Shown one piece after another: positions 27,501 to 41,584 of a stretch of 64,000 nt of DNA. The stretch lies in assembly GCA_964016885.1 (NCBI GenBank), contig OZ024741.1, positions 182,652,001-182,716,000 on the forward strand, written 5' to 3'. Under the pieces are notes generated by a model. It did no database searches and was not told the origin of the DNA. It worked only from the letters and a program-made list of their open reading frames with translations. The stretch comes from Eledone cirrhosa (taxonomy: Eukaryota). Within the stretch, counting starts at the first letter, position 1. Each line of letters begins with the position of its first letter. A program made the translations under genes and the position numbers.

Positions 27501-30500
27501 TAGGTGTTGTTGGTGTTATCGTTGTTACTGTTGTTGGTGGTGGTGGTATTGTAGGTGTTGTTGGTGTTATCGTTGTTACTGTTGTTGGTGGTGGTATTGT
27601 AGGTGTTGTTGGTGTTATCGTTGTTACTGTTGTTGGTGGTGGTATTGTAGGTGTTGTTGGTGTTATCGTTGTTACTGTTGTTGGTGGTGGTATTGTAGGT
27701 GTTGTTGGTGTTATCGTTGTTACTGTTGTTGGTGGTGGTATTGTAGGTGTTGTTGGTGTTATCGTTGTTACTGTAGTTGGTGGTGGTATTGTAGGTGTTG
27801 TTGGTGTTATCGTTGTTACTGTTGTTGGTGGTGGTATTGTAGGTGTTGTTGGTGTTATCGTTGTTACTGTTGTTGGTGGTGGTATTGTAGGTGTTGTTGG
27901 TGTTATCGTTGTTACTGTTGTTGGTGGTGGTATTGTAGGTGTTGTTGGTGTTATCGTTGTTACTGTTGTTGGTGGTGGTATTGTAGGTGTTGTTGGTGTT
28001 ATCGTTGATACTGTTGTTGGTGGTGGTATTGTAGGTGTTGTTGGTGTTATCGTTGTTACTGTAGTTGGTGGTGGTATTGTAGGTGTTGTTGGTGTTATCG
28101 TTGTTACTGTTGTTGGTGGTGGTGTTGTAGGTGTTGTTGGTGTTATCGTTGTTACTGTAGTTGGTGGTGGTATTGTAGGTGTTGTGGGTGTTATCGTTGT
28201 TACTGTTGTTGGTGGTGGTATTGTAGCTGTTGTTGGTGTTATCGTTGTTACTGTTGTTGGTGGTGGTATTGTAGGTGTTGTTGGTGTTATCGTTGTTACT
28301 GTTGTTGGTGGTGGTATTGTAGGTGTTGTTGGTGTTATTGTTGCTACTGTTGTTGGTGGTGGTATTGTAGGTGTTGTTGGTGTTATCGTTGTTACTGTAG
28401 TTGGTGGTGGTATTGTAGGCGTTGTGGGTGTTATCGTTGTTACTGTTGTTGGTGGTGGTATTGTAGGTGTTGTTGGTGTTATCGTTGTTACTGTTGTTGG
28501 TGGTGGTATTGTAGGTGTTGTTGGTGTTATCGTTGTTACTGTTGTTGGTGGTGGTATTGTAGGTGTTGTTGGTGTTATCGTTGTTACTGTTGTTGGTGGT
28601 GGTATGTAGCTGTTGTTGGTGTTATTGTTGTTACTGTAGTTGGTGGTGGTATTGTAGCTGTTGTTGGTGTTATCGTTGCTACTGTTGTTGGTGGTGGTAT
28701 TGTAGGTGTTGTTGGGGTTATCGTTGCTAGTGTTGTTGGTGGTGGTATTGTAGGTGTTGTTGGTGTTATCGTTGTTACTGTAGTTGGTGGTGGTATTGTA
28801 GGTGTTGTTGGTGTTATCGTTGTTACTGTTGTTGGTGGTGGTATTGTAGGTGTTGTTGGTGTTATCGTTGCTACTGTAGTTGGTGGTGGTATTGTAGGTG
28901 TTGTGGGTGTTATCGTTGTTACTGTTGTTGGTGGTGGTATTGTAGGTGTTGTTGGTGTTATCGTTGTTACTGTTGTTGGTGGTGGTGTTGTAGGTGTCGT
29001 TGGTGTTATCGTTGTTACTGTAGTTGGTGGTGGTATTGTAGGTGTTGTTGGTGTTATCGTTGTTACTATTGTTGGTGGTGGTGTTGTAGGTGTCGTTGGT
29101 GTTATCGTTGTTACTGTTGTTGGTGGTGGTGGTGTAGGTGTTGTTGGTGTTATCGTTGTTACTGTTGTTGGTGGTGGTATTGTAGGTGTTGTTGGTGTTA
29201 TCGTTGTTACTGTAGTTGGTGGTGGTATTGTAGGTGTTGTTGGTGTTATCGTTGTTACTGTTGTTGGTGGTGGTGTTGTAGGTGTTGTTGGTGTTATCGT
29301 TGTTACTGTTGTTGGTGGTGGTATTGTAGGTGTTGTTGGTGTTATCGTTGTTACTGTAGTTGGTGGTGGTATTGTAGGTGTTGTGGGTGTTTTCGTTGTT
29401 ACTGTTGTTGGTGGTGGTATTGTAGCTGTTGTTGGTGTTATCGTTGTTACTGTTGTTGGTGGTGGTATTGTAGGTGTTGTTGGTGTTATTGTTGCTACTG
29501 TTGTTGGTGGTGGTATTGTAGGTGTTGTTGGTGTTATCGTTGTTACTGTAGTTGGTGGTGGTATTGTAGGCGTTGTGGGTGTTATCGTTGTTACTGTTGT
29601 TGGTGGTGGTATTGTAGGTGTTGTTGGTGTTATCGTTGTTACTGTTGTTGGTGGTGGTGGTATTGTAGGTGTTGTTGGTGTTATCGTTGTTACTGTTGTT
29701 GGTGGTGGTATTGTAGGTGTTGTTGGTGTTATCGTTGTTACTGTTGTTGGTGGTGGTATTGTAGGTGTTGTTGGTGTTATCGTTGTTACTGTAGTTGGTG
29801 GTGATATTGTAGGTGTTGTTGGTGTTATCGTTGTTACTGTTGTTGGTGGTGGTTTTGTAGGTGTTGTTGGTGTTATTGTTGTTACTGTTGTTGGTGGTGG
29901 TATTGTAGGTGTTGTTGGTGTTTTCGTTGTTACTGTAGTTGGTGGTGGTATTGTAGGTGTTGTTGGTGTTATCGTTGTTACTGTAGTTGGTGGTGGTGGT
30001 ATTGTAGCTGTTGTTGGTGTTATCGTTGCTACTGTTGTTGGTGGTGATATTGTAGGTGTTGTTGGTGTTATCGTTGTTACTGTTGTTGGTGGTGGTATTG
30101 TAGGTGTTGTTGGTGTTATCGTTGTTACTGTAGTTGGTGGTGATATTGTAGGTGTTGTTGGTGTTATCGTTGTTACTGTTGTTGGTGGTGGTTTTGTAGG
30201 TGTTGTTGGTGTTATTGTTGTTACTGTTGTTGGTGGTGGTATTGTAGGTGTTGTTGGTGTTATCGTTGTTACTGTAGTTGGTGGTGGTGGTATTGTAGCT
30301 GTTGTTGGTGTTATCGTTGCTACTGTTGTTGGTGGTGGTATTGTAGGTGTTGTTGGTGTTATCGTTGTTACTGTAGTTGGTGGTGGTGGTATTGTAGCTG
30401 TTGTTGGTGTCATCGTTGCTACTGTTGTTGGTGGTGGTATTGTAGGTGTTGTTGGTGTTATCGTTGTTACTGTTGTTGGTGGTGGTATTGTAGGTGTTGT

Positions 30501-33500
30501 TGGTGTTATCGTTGCTACTGTTGTTGGTGGTGGTATTGTAGGTGTTGTTGGTGTTATTGTTGTTACTGTTGTTGGTGGTGGTATTGTAGGTGTCGTTGGT
30601 GTTGTCGTTGTTACTGTTGTTGGTGGTGGTATTGTAGGTGTTGTTGGTGTTATCGTTGTTACTGTTGTGGGTGGTGGTATTGTAGGTGTTGTTGGTGTTA
30701 TCGTTGTTACTGTTGTTGGTGGTGGTATTGTAGGTGTTGTTGGTGTTATCGTTGCTACTGTTGTTGGTGGTGGTATTGTAGGTGTTGTTGGTGTTATCGT
30801 TGTTACTGTAGTTGGTGGTGGTGGTATTGTAGGTGTTGTTGGTGTTATCGTTGTTACTGTTGTTGGTGGTGGTATTGTAGGTGTTGTTGGTGTTATCGTT
30901 GCTACTGTTGTTGGTGGTGGTATTGTAGGTGTTGTTGGTGTTATCGTTGTTACTGTTGTTGGTGGTGGTATTGTAGGTGTTGTTGGTGTTATCGTTGTTA
31001 CTGTTGTTGGTGGTGGTGTTGTAGGTGTTGTTGGTGTTATCGTTGTTACTGTTGTTGGTGGTGGTATTGTAGGTGTTGTTGGTGTTATCGTTGTTACTGT
31101 TGTTGGTGGTGGTGTTGTAGGTGTTGTTGGTGTTATCGTTGTTACTGTTGTTGGTGGTGGTATTGTAGGTGTTGTTGGTGTTATCGTTGTTACTGTTGTT
31201 GGTGGTGGTATTGTAGGTGTTGTTGGTGTTATCGTTGTTACTGTTGTTGGTGGTGGTATTGTAGGTGTTGTTGGTGTTATCGTTGTTACTGTTGTTGGTG
31301 GTGGTATTGTAGGTGTTGTTGGTGTTATCGTTGTTACTGTTGTTGGTGGTGGTATTGTAGGTGTTGTTGGTGTTATCGTTGTTACTGTTGTTGGTGGTGG
31401 TATTGTAGGTGTTGTTGGTGTTATCGTTGTTACTGTAGTTGGTGGTGGTATTGTAGGTGTTGTTGGTGTTATCGTTGTTACTGTTGTTGGTGGTGGTATT
31501 GTAGGTGTTGTTGGTGTTATCGTTGTTACTGTAGTTGGTGGTGGTGTTGTAGGTGTTGTTGGTGTTATCGTTGCTACTGTTGTTGGTGGTGGTATTGTAG
31601 GTGTTGTTGGTGTTATCGTTGCTACTGTTGTTGGTGGTGGTATTGTAGGTGTTGTTGGTGTTATCGTTGTTACTGTTGTTGGTGGTGGTATTGTAGGTGT
31701 TGTTGGTGTTATCGTTGTTACTGTTGTTGGTGGTGGTATTGTAGGTGTTGTTGGTGTTATCGTTGTTACTGTTGTTGGTGGTGGTATTGTAGGTGTTGTT
31801 GGTGTTATCGTTGTTACTGTTGTTGGTGGTGGTATTGTAGGTGTTGTTGGTGTTATCGTTGCTACTGTTGTTGGTGGTGGTATTGTAGGTGTTGTTGGTG
31901 TTATCGTTGCTACTGTTGTTGGTGGTGGTATTGTAGGTGTTGTTGGTGTTATTGTTGTTACTGTTGTTGGTGGTGGTATTGTAGGTGTCGTTGGTGTTAT
32001 CGTTGTTACTGTTGTTGGTGGTGGTATTGTAGGTGTTGTTGGTGTTATCGTTGTTACTATTGTTGGTGGTGGTGTTGTAGGTGTCGTTGGTGTTATCGTT
32101 GTTACTGTTGTTGGTGGTGGTGTTGTAGATGTTGTTGGTGTTATCATTGTTACTGTTGTTGGTGGTGGTATTGTAGGTGTTGTTGGTGTTATCGTTGTTA
32201 CTGTTGTTGGTGGTGGTATTGTAGGTGTTGTTGGTGTTATCGTTGTTACTGTAGTTGGTGGTGGTATTGTAGGTGTTGTTGGTGTTATCGTTGTTACTGT
32301 TGTTGGTGGTGGTATTGTAGCTGTTGTTGGTGTTATCGTTGCTACTGTTGTTGGTGGTGGTATTGTAGGTGTTGTTGGTGTTATCGTTGTTACTGTTGTT
32401 GGTGGTGGTATTGTAGGTGTTGTTGGTGTTATCGTTGTTACTGTAGTTGGTGGTGGTATTGTAGGTGTTGTTGGTGTTATCGTTGTTACTGTTGTTGGTG
32501 GTGGTATTGTAGGTGTTGTGGGTGTTATCGTTGTTACTGTTGTTGGTGGTGGTATTGTAGCTGTTGTTGGTGTTATCGTTGTTACTGTTGTTGGTGGTGG
32601 TATTGTAGGTGTTGTTGGTGTTATTGTTGCTACTGTTGTTGGTGGTGGTATTGTAGGTGTTGTTGGTGTTATTGTTGTTACTGTAGTTGGTGGTGGTATT
32701 GTAGGTGTTGTTGGTGTTATCGTTGTTACTGTTGGTGGTGGTGGTATTGTAGGTGTTGTTGGTGTTATTGTTGTTACTGTTGTTGGTGGTGGTATTGTAG
32801 CTGTTGTTGGTGTTATCGTTGCTACTGTTGTTGGTGGTGGTATTGTAGGTGTTGTTGGTGTTATCGTTGCTACTGTTGTTGGTGGTGGTATTGTAGGTGT
32901 TGTTGGTGTTATCGTTGCTACTGTTGTTGGTGGTGGTATTGTAGGTGTTGTTGGTGTTATCGTTGTTACTGTAGTTGGTGGTGGTGGTATTGTAGCTGTT
33001 GTTGGTGTTATCGTTGCTACTGTTGTTGGTGGTGGTATTGTAGGTGTTGTTGGTGTTATCGTTGCTACTGTTGTTGGTGGTGGTATTGTAGGTGTTGTTG
33101 GTGTTATCGTTGTTACTGTAGTTGGTGGTGGTGGTATTGTAGCTGTTGTTGGTGTTATCGTTGCTACTGTTGTTGGTGGTGGTATTGTAGGTGTTGTTGG
33201 TGTTATCGTTGCTACTGTTGTTGGTGGTGGTATTGTAGGTGTTGTTGGTGTTATCGTTGTTACTGTAGTTGGTGGTGGTGGTATTGTAGCTGTTGTTGGT
33301 GTTATCGTTGCTACTGTTGTTGGTGGTGGTATTGTAGGTGTTGTTGGTGTTATCGTTGCTACTGTTGTTGGTGGTGGTATTGTAGGTGTTGTTGGTGTTA
33401 TCGTTGCTACTGTTGTTGGTGGTGGTATTGTAGGTGTTGTTGGTGTTATCGTTGTTACTGTAGTTGGTGGTGGTGGTATTGTAGCTGTTGTTGGTGTTAT

Positions 33501-36500
33501 CGTTGCTACTGTTGTTGGTGGTGGTATTGTAGGTGTTGTTGGTGTTATCGTTGCTACTGTTGTTGGTGGTGGTATTGTAGGTGTTGTTGGTGTTATCGTT
33601 GTTACTGTTGTTGGTGGTGGTATTGTAGGTGTTGTTGGTGTTATTGTTGTTACTGTTGTTGGTGGTGGTGTTGTAGGTGTTGTTGGTGTTATCGTTGTTA
33701 CTGTTGTTGGTGATGGTATTGTAGGTGTTGTTGGTGTTATCGTTGTTACTGTTGTTGGTGGTGGTGTTGTAGGTGTTGTTGGTGTTATCGTTGTTACTGT
33801 TGTTGGTGGTGGTATTGTAGGTGTTGTTGGTGTTATCGTTGTTACTGTTGTTGGTGGTGGTATTGTAGGTGTTGTTGGTGTTATCGTTGTTACTGTTGTT
33901 GGTGGTGGTATTGTAGGTGTTGTTGGTGTTATCGTTGTTACTGTTGTTGGTGGTGGTATTGTAGGTGTTGTTGGTGTTATCGTTGTTACTGTAGTTGGTG
34001 GTGGTATTGTAGGTGTTGTTGGTGTTATCGTTGTTACTGTTGTTGGTGGTGGTATTGTAGGTGTTGTTGGTGTTATCGTTGTTACTGTAGTTGGTGGTGG
34101 TGTTGTAGGTGTTGTTGGTGTTATCGTTGCTACTGTTGTTGGTGGTGGCATTGTAGGTGTTGTTGGTGTTATCGTTGCTACTGTTGTTGGTGGTGGTATT
34201 GTAGGTGTTGTTGGTGTTATCGTTGTTACTGTTGTTGGTGGTGGTATTGTAGGTGTTGTTGGTGTTATCGTTGTTACTGTTGTTGGTGGTGGTATTGTAG
34301 GTGTTGTTGGTGTTATCGTTGTTACTGTTGTTGGTGGTGGTGGTATTGTAGGTGTTGTTGGTGTTATCGTTGTTACTGTTGTTGGTGGTGGTATTGTAGG
34401 TGTTGTTGGTGTTATCGTTGTTACTGTAGTTGGTGGTGGTATTGTAGGTGTTGTTGGTGTTATCGTTGTTACTGTTGTTGGTGGTGGTATTGTAGGTGTT
34501 GTTGGTGTTATCGTTGTTACTGTTGTTGGTGGTGGTATTGTAGGTGTTGTTGGTGTTATCGTTGTTACTGTTGTTGGTGGTGGTATTGTAGGTGTTGTTG
34601 GTGTTATCGTTGTTACTGTTGTTGGTGGTGGTATTGTAGGTGTTGTTGGTGTTATCGTTGTTACTGTTGTTGGTGGTGGTATTGTAGGTGTTGTTGGTGT
34701 TATCGTTGTTACTGTTGTTGGTGGTGGTATTGTAGGTGTCGTTGGTGTTATCGTTGTTACTGTTGTTGGTGGTGGTATTGTAGGTGTTGTTGGTGTTATC
34801 GTTGTTACTGTTGTTGGTGGTGGTATTGTAGGTGTTGTTGGTGTTATCGTTGTTACTGTTGTTGGTGGTGGTATTGTAGGTGTTGTTGGTGTTATTGTTG
34901 TTACTGTTGTTGGTGGTGGTATTGTAGGTGTCGTTGGTGTTATCGTTGTTACTGTAGTTGGTGGTGGTATTGTAGGTGTTGTTGGTGTTATCGTTGTTAC
35001 TGTTGTTGGTGGTGGTATTGTAGGTGTTGTTGGTGTTATCGTTGTTACTGTAGTTGGTGGTGGTATTGTAGGTGTTGTTGGTGTTATCGTTGTTACTGTT
35101 GTTGGTGGTGGTATTGTAGGTGTTGTTGGTGTTATTGTTGTTACTGTTGGTGGTGGTGGTATTGTAGGTGTTGTTGGTGTTATCGTTGTTACTGTTGGTG
35201 GTGGTGGTATTGTAGGTGTTGTTGGTGTTATCGTTGTTACTGTAGTTGGTGGTGGTGGTATTGTAGGTGTTGTTGGTGTTATCGTTGTTACTGTAGTTGG
35301 TGGTGGTATTGTAGGTGTTGTTGGTGTTATCGTTGTTACTGTTGTTGGTGGTGGTGGTATTGTAGGTGTTGTTGGTGTTATCGTTGTTACTGTTGTTGGT
35401 GGTGGTGTTGTAGGTGTTGTTGGTGTTATCGTTGCTACTGTTGTTGGTGGTAGTGGTATTGTAGGTGTTGTTGGTGTTATCGTTGTTACTGTAGTTGGTG
35501 GTGGTATTGTAGCTGTTGTTGGTGTTATCGTTGTTACTGTTGTTGGTGGTGGTATTGTAGGTGTTGTTGGTGTTATCGTTGTTACTGTTGTTGGTGGTGG
35601 TATTGTAGGTGTTGTTGGTGTTATCGTTGTTACTGTTGTTGGTGGTGGTATTGTAGGTGTTGTTGGTGTTATCGTTGTTACTGTTGTTGGTGGTGGTATT
35701 GTAGGTGTTGTTGGTGTTATCGTTGTTACTGTTGTTGGTGGTGGTATTGTAGGTGTTGTTGGTGTTATCGTTGTTACTGTAGTTGGTGGTGGTATTGTAG
35801 GTGTTGTTGGTGTTATCGTTGTTACTGTTGTTGGTGGTGGTATTGTAGGTGTTGTTGGTGTTATCGTTGTTACTGTTGTTGGTGGTGGTATTGTAGGTGT
35901 TGTTGGTGTTATCGTTGTTACTGTTGTTGGTGGTGGTATTGTAGGTGTTGTTGGTGTTATCGTTGTTACTGTTGTTGGTGGTGGTATTGTAGGTGTTGTT
36001 GGTGTTATCGTTGTTACTGTTGTTGGTGGTGGTATTGTAGGTGTTGTTGGTGTTATCGTTGTTACTGTAGTTGGTGGTGGTATTGTAGGTGTTGTTGGTG
36101 TTATCGTTGTTACTGTTGTTGGTGGTGGTGTTGTAGGTGTTGTTGGTGTTATCGTTGTTACTGTAGTTGGTGGTGGTATTGTAGGTGTTGTGGGTGTTAT
36201 CGTTGTTACTGTTGTTGGTGGTGGTATTGTAGCTGTTGTTGGTGTTATCGTTGTTACTGTTGTTGGTGGTGGTATTGTAGGTGTTGTTGGTGTTATCGTT
36301 GTTACTGTTGTTGGTGGTGGTATTGTAGGTGTTGTTGGTGTTATTGTTGCTACTGTTGTTGGTGGTGGTATTGTAGGTGTTGTTGGTGTTATCGTTGTTA
36401 CTGTAGTTGGTGGTGGTATTGTAGGCGTTGTGGGTGTTATCGTTGTTACTGTTGTTGGTGGTGGTATTGTAGGTGTTGTTGGTGTTATCGTTGTTACTGT

Positions 36501-39500
36501 TGTTGGTGGTGGTATTGTAGGTGTTGTTGGTGTTATCGTTGTTACTGTTGTTGGTGGTGGTATTGTAGGTGTTGTTGGTGTTATCGTTGTTACTGTTGTT
36601 GGTGGTGGTATGTAGCTGTTGTTGGTGTTATTGTTGTTACTGTAGTTGGTGGTGGTATTGTAGCTGTTGTTGGTGTTATCGTTGCTACTGTTGTTGGTGG
36701 TGGTATTGTAGGTGTTGTTGGGGTTATCGTTGCTAGTGTTGTTGGTGGTGGTATTGTAGGTGTTGTTGGTGTTATCGTTGTTACTGTAGTTGGTGGTGGT
36801 ATTGTAGGTGTTGTTGGTGTTATCGTTGTTACTGTTGTTGGTGGTGGTATTGTAGGTGTTGTTGGTGTTATCGTTGCTACTGTAGTTGGTGGTGGTATTG
36901 TAGGTGTTGTGGGTGTTATCGTTGTTACTGTTGTTGGTGGTGGTATTGTAGCTGTTGTTGGTGTTATCGTTGTTACTGTTGTTGGTGGTGGTATTGTAGG
37001 TGTTGTTGGTGTTATCGTTGTTACTGTTGTTGGTGGTGGTGTTGTAGGTGTCGTTGGTGTTATCGTTGTTACTGTAGTTGGTGGTGGTATTGTAGGTGTT
37101 GTTGGTGTTATCGTTGTTACTATTGTTGGTGGTGGTGTTGTAGGTGTCGTTGGTGTTATCGTTGTTACTGTTGTTGGTGGTGGTGGTGTAGGTGTTGTTG
37201 GTGTTATCGTTGTTACTGTTGTTGGTGGTGGTATTGTAGGTGTTGTTGGTGTTATCGTTGTTACTGTAGTTGGTGGTGGTATTGTAGGTGTTGTTGGTGT
37301 TATCGTTGTTACTGTTGTTGGTGGTGGTGTTGTAGGTGTTGTTGGTGTTATCGTTGTTACTGTTGTTGGTGGTGGTATTGTAGGTGTTGTTGGTGTTATC
37401 GTTGTTACTGTAGTTGGTGGTGGTATTGTAGGTGTTGTGGGTGTTTTCGTTGTTACTGTTGTTGGTGGTGGTATTGTAGCTGTTGTTGGTGTTATCGTTG
37501 TTACTGTTGTTGGTGGTGGTATTGTAGGTGTTGTTGGTGTTATTGTTGCTACTGTTGTTGGTGGTGGTATTGTAGGTGTTGTTGGTGTTATCGTTGTTAC
37601 TGTAGTTGGTGGTGGTATTGTAGGCGTTGTGGGTGTTATCGTTGTTACTGTTGTTGGTGGTGGTATTGTAGGTGTTGTTGGTGTTATCGTTGTTACTGTT
37701 GTTGGTGGTGGTGGTATTGTAGGTGTTGTTGGTGTTATCGTTGTTACTGTTGTTGGTGGTGGTATTGTAGGTGTTGTTGGTGTTATCGTTGTTACTGTTG
37801 TTGGTGGTGGTATTGTAGGTGTTGTTGGTGTTATCGTTGTTACTGTAGTTGGTGGTGATATTGTAGGTGTTGTTGGTGTTATCGTTGTTACTGTTGTTGG
37901 TGGTGGTTTTGTAGGTGTTGTTGGTGTTATTGTTGTTACTGTTGTTGGTGGTGGTATTGTAGGTGTTGTTGGTGTTATCGTTGTTACTGTAGTTGGTGGT
38001 GGTATTGTAGGTGTTGTTGGTGTTATCGTTGTTACTGTAGTTGGTGGTGGTGGTATTGTAGCTGTTGTTGGTGTTATCGTTGCTACTGTTGTTGGTGGTG
38101 GTATTGTAGGTGTTGTTGGTGTTATCGTTGTTACTGTAGTTGGTGGTGGTGGTATTGTAGCTGTTGTTGGTGTTATCGTTGCTACTGTTGTTGGTGGTGA
38201 TATTGTAGGTGTTGTTGGTGTTATCGTTGTTACTGTTGTTGGTGGTGGTATTGTAGGTGTTGTTGGTGTTATCGTTGTTACTGTAGTTGGTGGTGATATT
38301 GTAGGTGTTGTTGGTGTTATCGTTGTTACTGTTCTTGGTGGTGGTTTTGTAGGTGTTGTTGGTGTTATTGTTGTTACTGTTGTTGGTGGTGGTATTGTAG
38401 GTGTTGTTGGTGTTATCGTTGTTACTGTAGTTGGTGGTGGTGGTATTGTAGCTGTTGTTGGTGTTATCGTTGCTACTGTTGTTGGTGGTGGTATTGTAGG
38501 TGTTGTTGGTGTTATCGTTGTTACTGTAGTTGGTGGTGGTGGTATTGTAGCTGTTGTTGGTGTCATCGTTGCTACTGTTGTTGGTGGTGGTATTGTAGGT
38601 GTTGTTGGTGTTATCGTTGTTACTGTTGTTGGTGGTGGTATTGTAGGTGTTGTTGGTGTTATCGTTGCTACTGTTGTTGGTGGTGGTATTGTAGGTGTTG
38701 TTGGTGTTATTGTTGTTACTGTTGTTGGTGGTGGTATTGTAGGTGTCGTTGGTGTTGTCGTTGTTACTGTTGTTGGTGGTGGTATTGTAGGTGTTGTTGG
38801 TGTTATCGTTGTTACTGTTGTGGGTGGTGGTATTGTAGGTGTTGTTGGTGTTATCGTTGTTACTGTTGTTGGTGGTGGTATTGTAGGTGTTGTTGGTGTT
38901 ATCGTTGCTACTGTTGTTGGTGGTGGTATTGTAGGTGTTGTTGGTGTTATCGTTGTTACTGTAGTTGGTGGTGGTGGTATTGTAGGTGTTGTTGGTGTTA
39001 TCGTTGTTACTGTTGTTGGTGGTGGTATTGTAGGTGTTGTTGGTGTTATCGTTGCTACTGTTGTTGGTGGTGGTATTGTAGGTGTTGTTGGTGTTATCGT
39101 TGTTACTGTTGTTGGTGGTGGTATTGTAGGTGTTGTTGGTGTTATCGTTGTTACTGTTGTTGGTGGTGGTGTTGTAGGTGTTGTTGGTGTTATCGTTGTT
39201 ACTGTTGTTGGTGGTGGTATTGTAGGTGTTGTTGGTGTTATCGTTGTTACTGTTGTTGGTGGTGGTGTTGTAGGTGTTGTTGGTGTTATCGTTGTTACTG
39301 TTGTTGGTGGTGGTATTGTAGGTGTTGTTGGTGTTATCGTTGTTACTGTTGTTGGTGGTGGTATTGTAGGTGTTGTTGGTGTTATCGTTGTTGCTGTTGT
39401 TGGTGGTGGTATTGTAGGTGTTGTTGGTGTTATCGTTGTTACTGTTGTTGGTGGTGGTATTGTAGGTGTTGTTGGTGTTATCGTTGTTACTGTTGTTGGT

Positions 39501-40535
39501 GGTGGTATTGTAGGTGTTGTTGGTGTTATCGTTGTTACTGTTGTTGGTGGTGGTATTGTAGGTGTTGTTGGTGTTATCGTTGTTACTGTAGTTGGTGGTG
39601 GTATTGTAGGTGTTGTTGGTGTTATCGTTGTTACTGTTGTTGGTGGTGGTATTGTAGGTGTTGTTGGTGTTATCGTTGTTACTGTAGTTGGTGGTCGTGT
39701 TGTAGGTGTTGTTGGTGTTATCGTTGCTACTGTTGTTGGTGGTGGTATTGTAGGTGTTGTTGGTGTTATCGTTGCTACTGTTGTTGGTGGTGGTATTGTA
39801 GGTGTTGTTGGTGTTATCGTTGTTACTGTTGTTGGTGGTGGTATTGTAGGTGTTGTTGGTGTTATCGTTGCTACTGTTGTTGGTGGTGGTATTGTAGGTG
39901 TTGTTGGTGTTATCGTTGTTACTGTTGTTGGTGGTGGTATTGTAGGTGTTGTTGGTGTTATCGTTGTTACTGTTGTTGGTGGTGGTATTGTAGGTGTTGT
40001 TGGTGTTATCGTTGTTACTGTAGTTGGTGGTCGTGTTGTAGGTGTTGTTGGTGTTATCGTTGTTACTGTTGTTGGTGGTGGTGTTGTAGGTGTTATCGTT
40101 GCTACTGTTGTTGGTGGTGGTATTGTAGGTGTTGTTAGTGTTATCGTTGTTACTGTTGTTGGTGGTGGTATTGTAGGTGTCGTTGGTGTTGTCGTTGTTA
40201 CTGTTGTTGGTGGTGGTATTGTAGGTGTTGTTGGTGTTATTGTTGTTACTGTTGTTGGTGGTGGTATTGTAGGTGTCGTTGGTGTTGTCGTTGTTACTGT
40301 TGTTGGTGGTGGTATTGTAGGTGTTGTTGGTGTTATCGTTGCTACTGTAGTTGGTGGTGGCATTGTAGGTGTTGTTGGTGTTATTGTTGTTACTGTTGTT
40401 GGTGGTGGTATTGTAGGTGTTGTTGGTGTTATCGTTGTTACTGTTGTTGGTGGTGGTATTGTAGGTGTTGTTGGTGTTATCGTTGCTACTGTAGTTGGTG
40501 GTGGTGGTATTGTAGGTGTTGTTGGTGTTATCGTT
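21525..40535. repeat. ~19-kb satellite, 48-bp unit GGTGTTGTTGGTGTTATCGTTGTTACTGTTGTTGGTGGTGGTATTGTA (~395 units) with higher-order duplications
   Basis: Period 48, with 51-bp variants; rare variants recur at offsets of 2028 bp (24137/26165, 24261/26289, 24452/26480) and 8006 bp (28601/36607, 28726/36732). Confidence 0.95.
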
Positions 40536-40669
40536 GTTGCTGTTGTTGTTAGTGTTGTTGCTTCGGTTGCCTGTGTTTTTGTTGCTGGTATTGTTGGTGT
40601 TGTTGTTACAGCCGTTGTTAGGTTTGTTGTTATTGTTGTTGTTGCTGTTGTCGTTTTTGCTGCAGTTGG

Positions 40670-40726
<57 letters not shown>

Positions 40727-40815
40727 AGTTGTTGTTGTTGTTGCTGCTGCTGCTGCTGCTGCAGTTGATGGCGTTGTTGTTGTTGTTCTTTTTTTGTTGG
40801 TGCTGCAGTTGATGG

Positions 40816-40860
<45 letters not shown>

Positions 40861-40884
40861 CGTTGCTGCTGATGCAGTTGATGG

Positions 40885-40927
<43 letters not shown>

Positions 40928-41232
40928 GCTGCTGCTGCTGCAGCTGATGGTGTTGTTGTTGTTGTTGTTGTTGTTGCTGCTGCTGCTGCAGTTATTGGTG
41001 TTATTGTTGTTGTTGTTGCTGTTGTTGCTGCAGTTGATGTCATTGTTGTTGTTGTTGTTGTTGTTGTTGCTGCAGTTGATGTTATTGTTGTTGTTGTTGT
41101 TGTTGCTGCTGCAGTTGATGTTATTGTTGTTGTTGTTGTTGTTTTTGTTGCAGCTGCAGTTGATGTTATTGTTGCTGTTGTTGTTGTTGTTGTTTATGTT
41201 GTTGCTGCTGCAGTTGATGTTATTATTGTTGT
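40536..41232. repeat. Degenerate (GTT)/(GCT) trinucleotide region
   Basis: Directly visible, with recurring GCTGCAGTTGATG. Confidence 0.85.
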
Positions 41233-41584
41233 TCCTAGTCAGTCGTGATTCGGCAGATCTATATTCAAAGATGTTTCAGCCGGGACTATGCCGACATTTT
41301 GTATATCTAAATACAGCAATGTGCCCAATGTTTCTTTTATTACATTAAGGTGTAAATATAAAGATAGATAAACAAGCTAACAGACAGATAGACAGACAGA
41401 TAGACAGATAGATAGATAGACAGTCAAACAGACAGTCAGACGCACACACACACTGACATACTGACATACATACGTACGTACACACATACACAGACAACAT
41501 GCGTGTGTGTGGGGGGGGGGTGTTTGTGTGTATGCCAGAAACAGGTTTTTGATTAGATAAAATGAAGAGCTTATATATATATAT

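Noticed and set aside
23162-41348. 1479-2570 aa Gly/Val-rich plus-strand ORFs
   Set aside because: By-product of a GTT/GGT-based satellite; non-ATG starts, implausible composition and shared frameshifts
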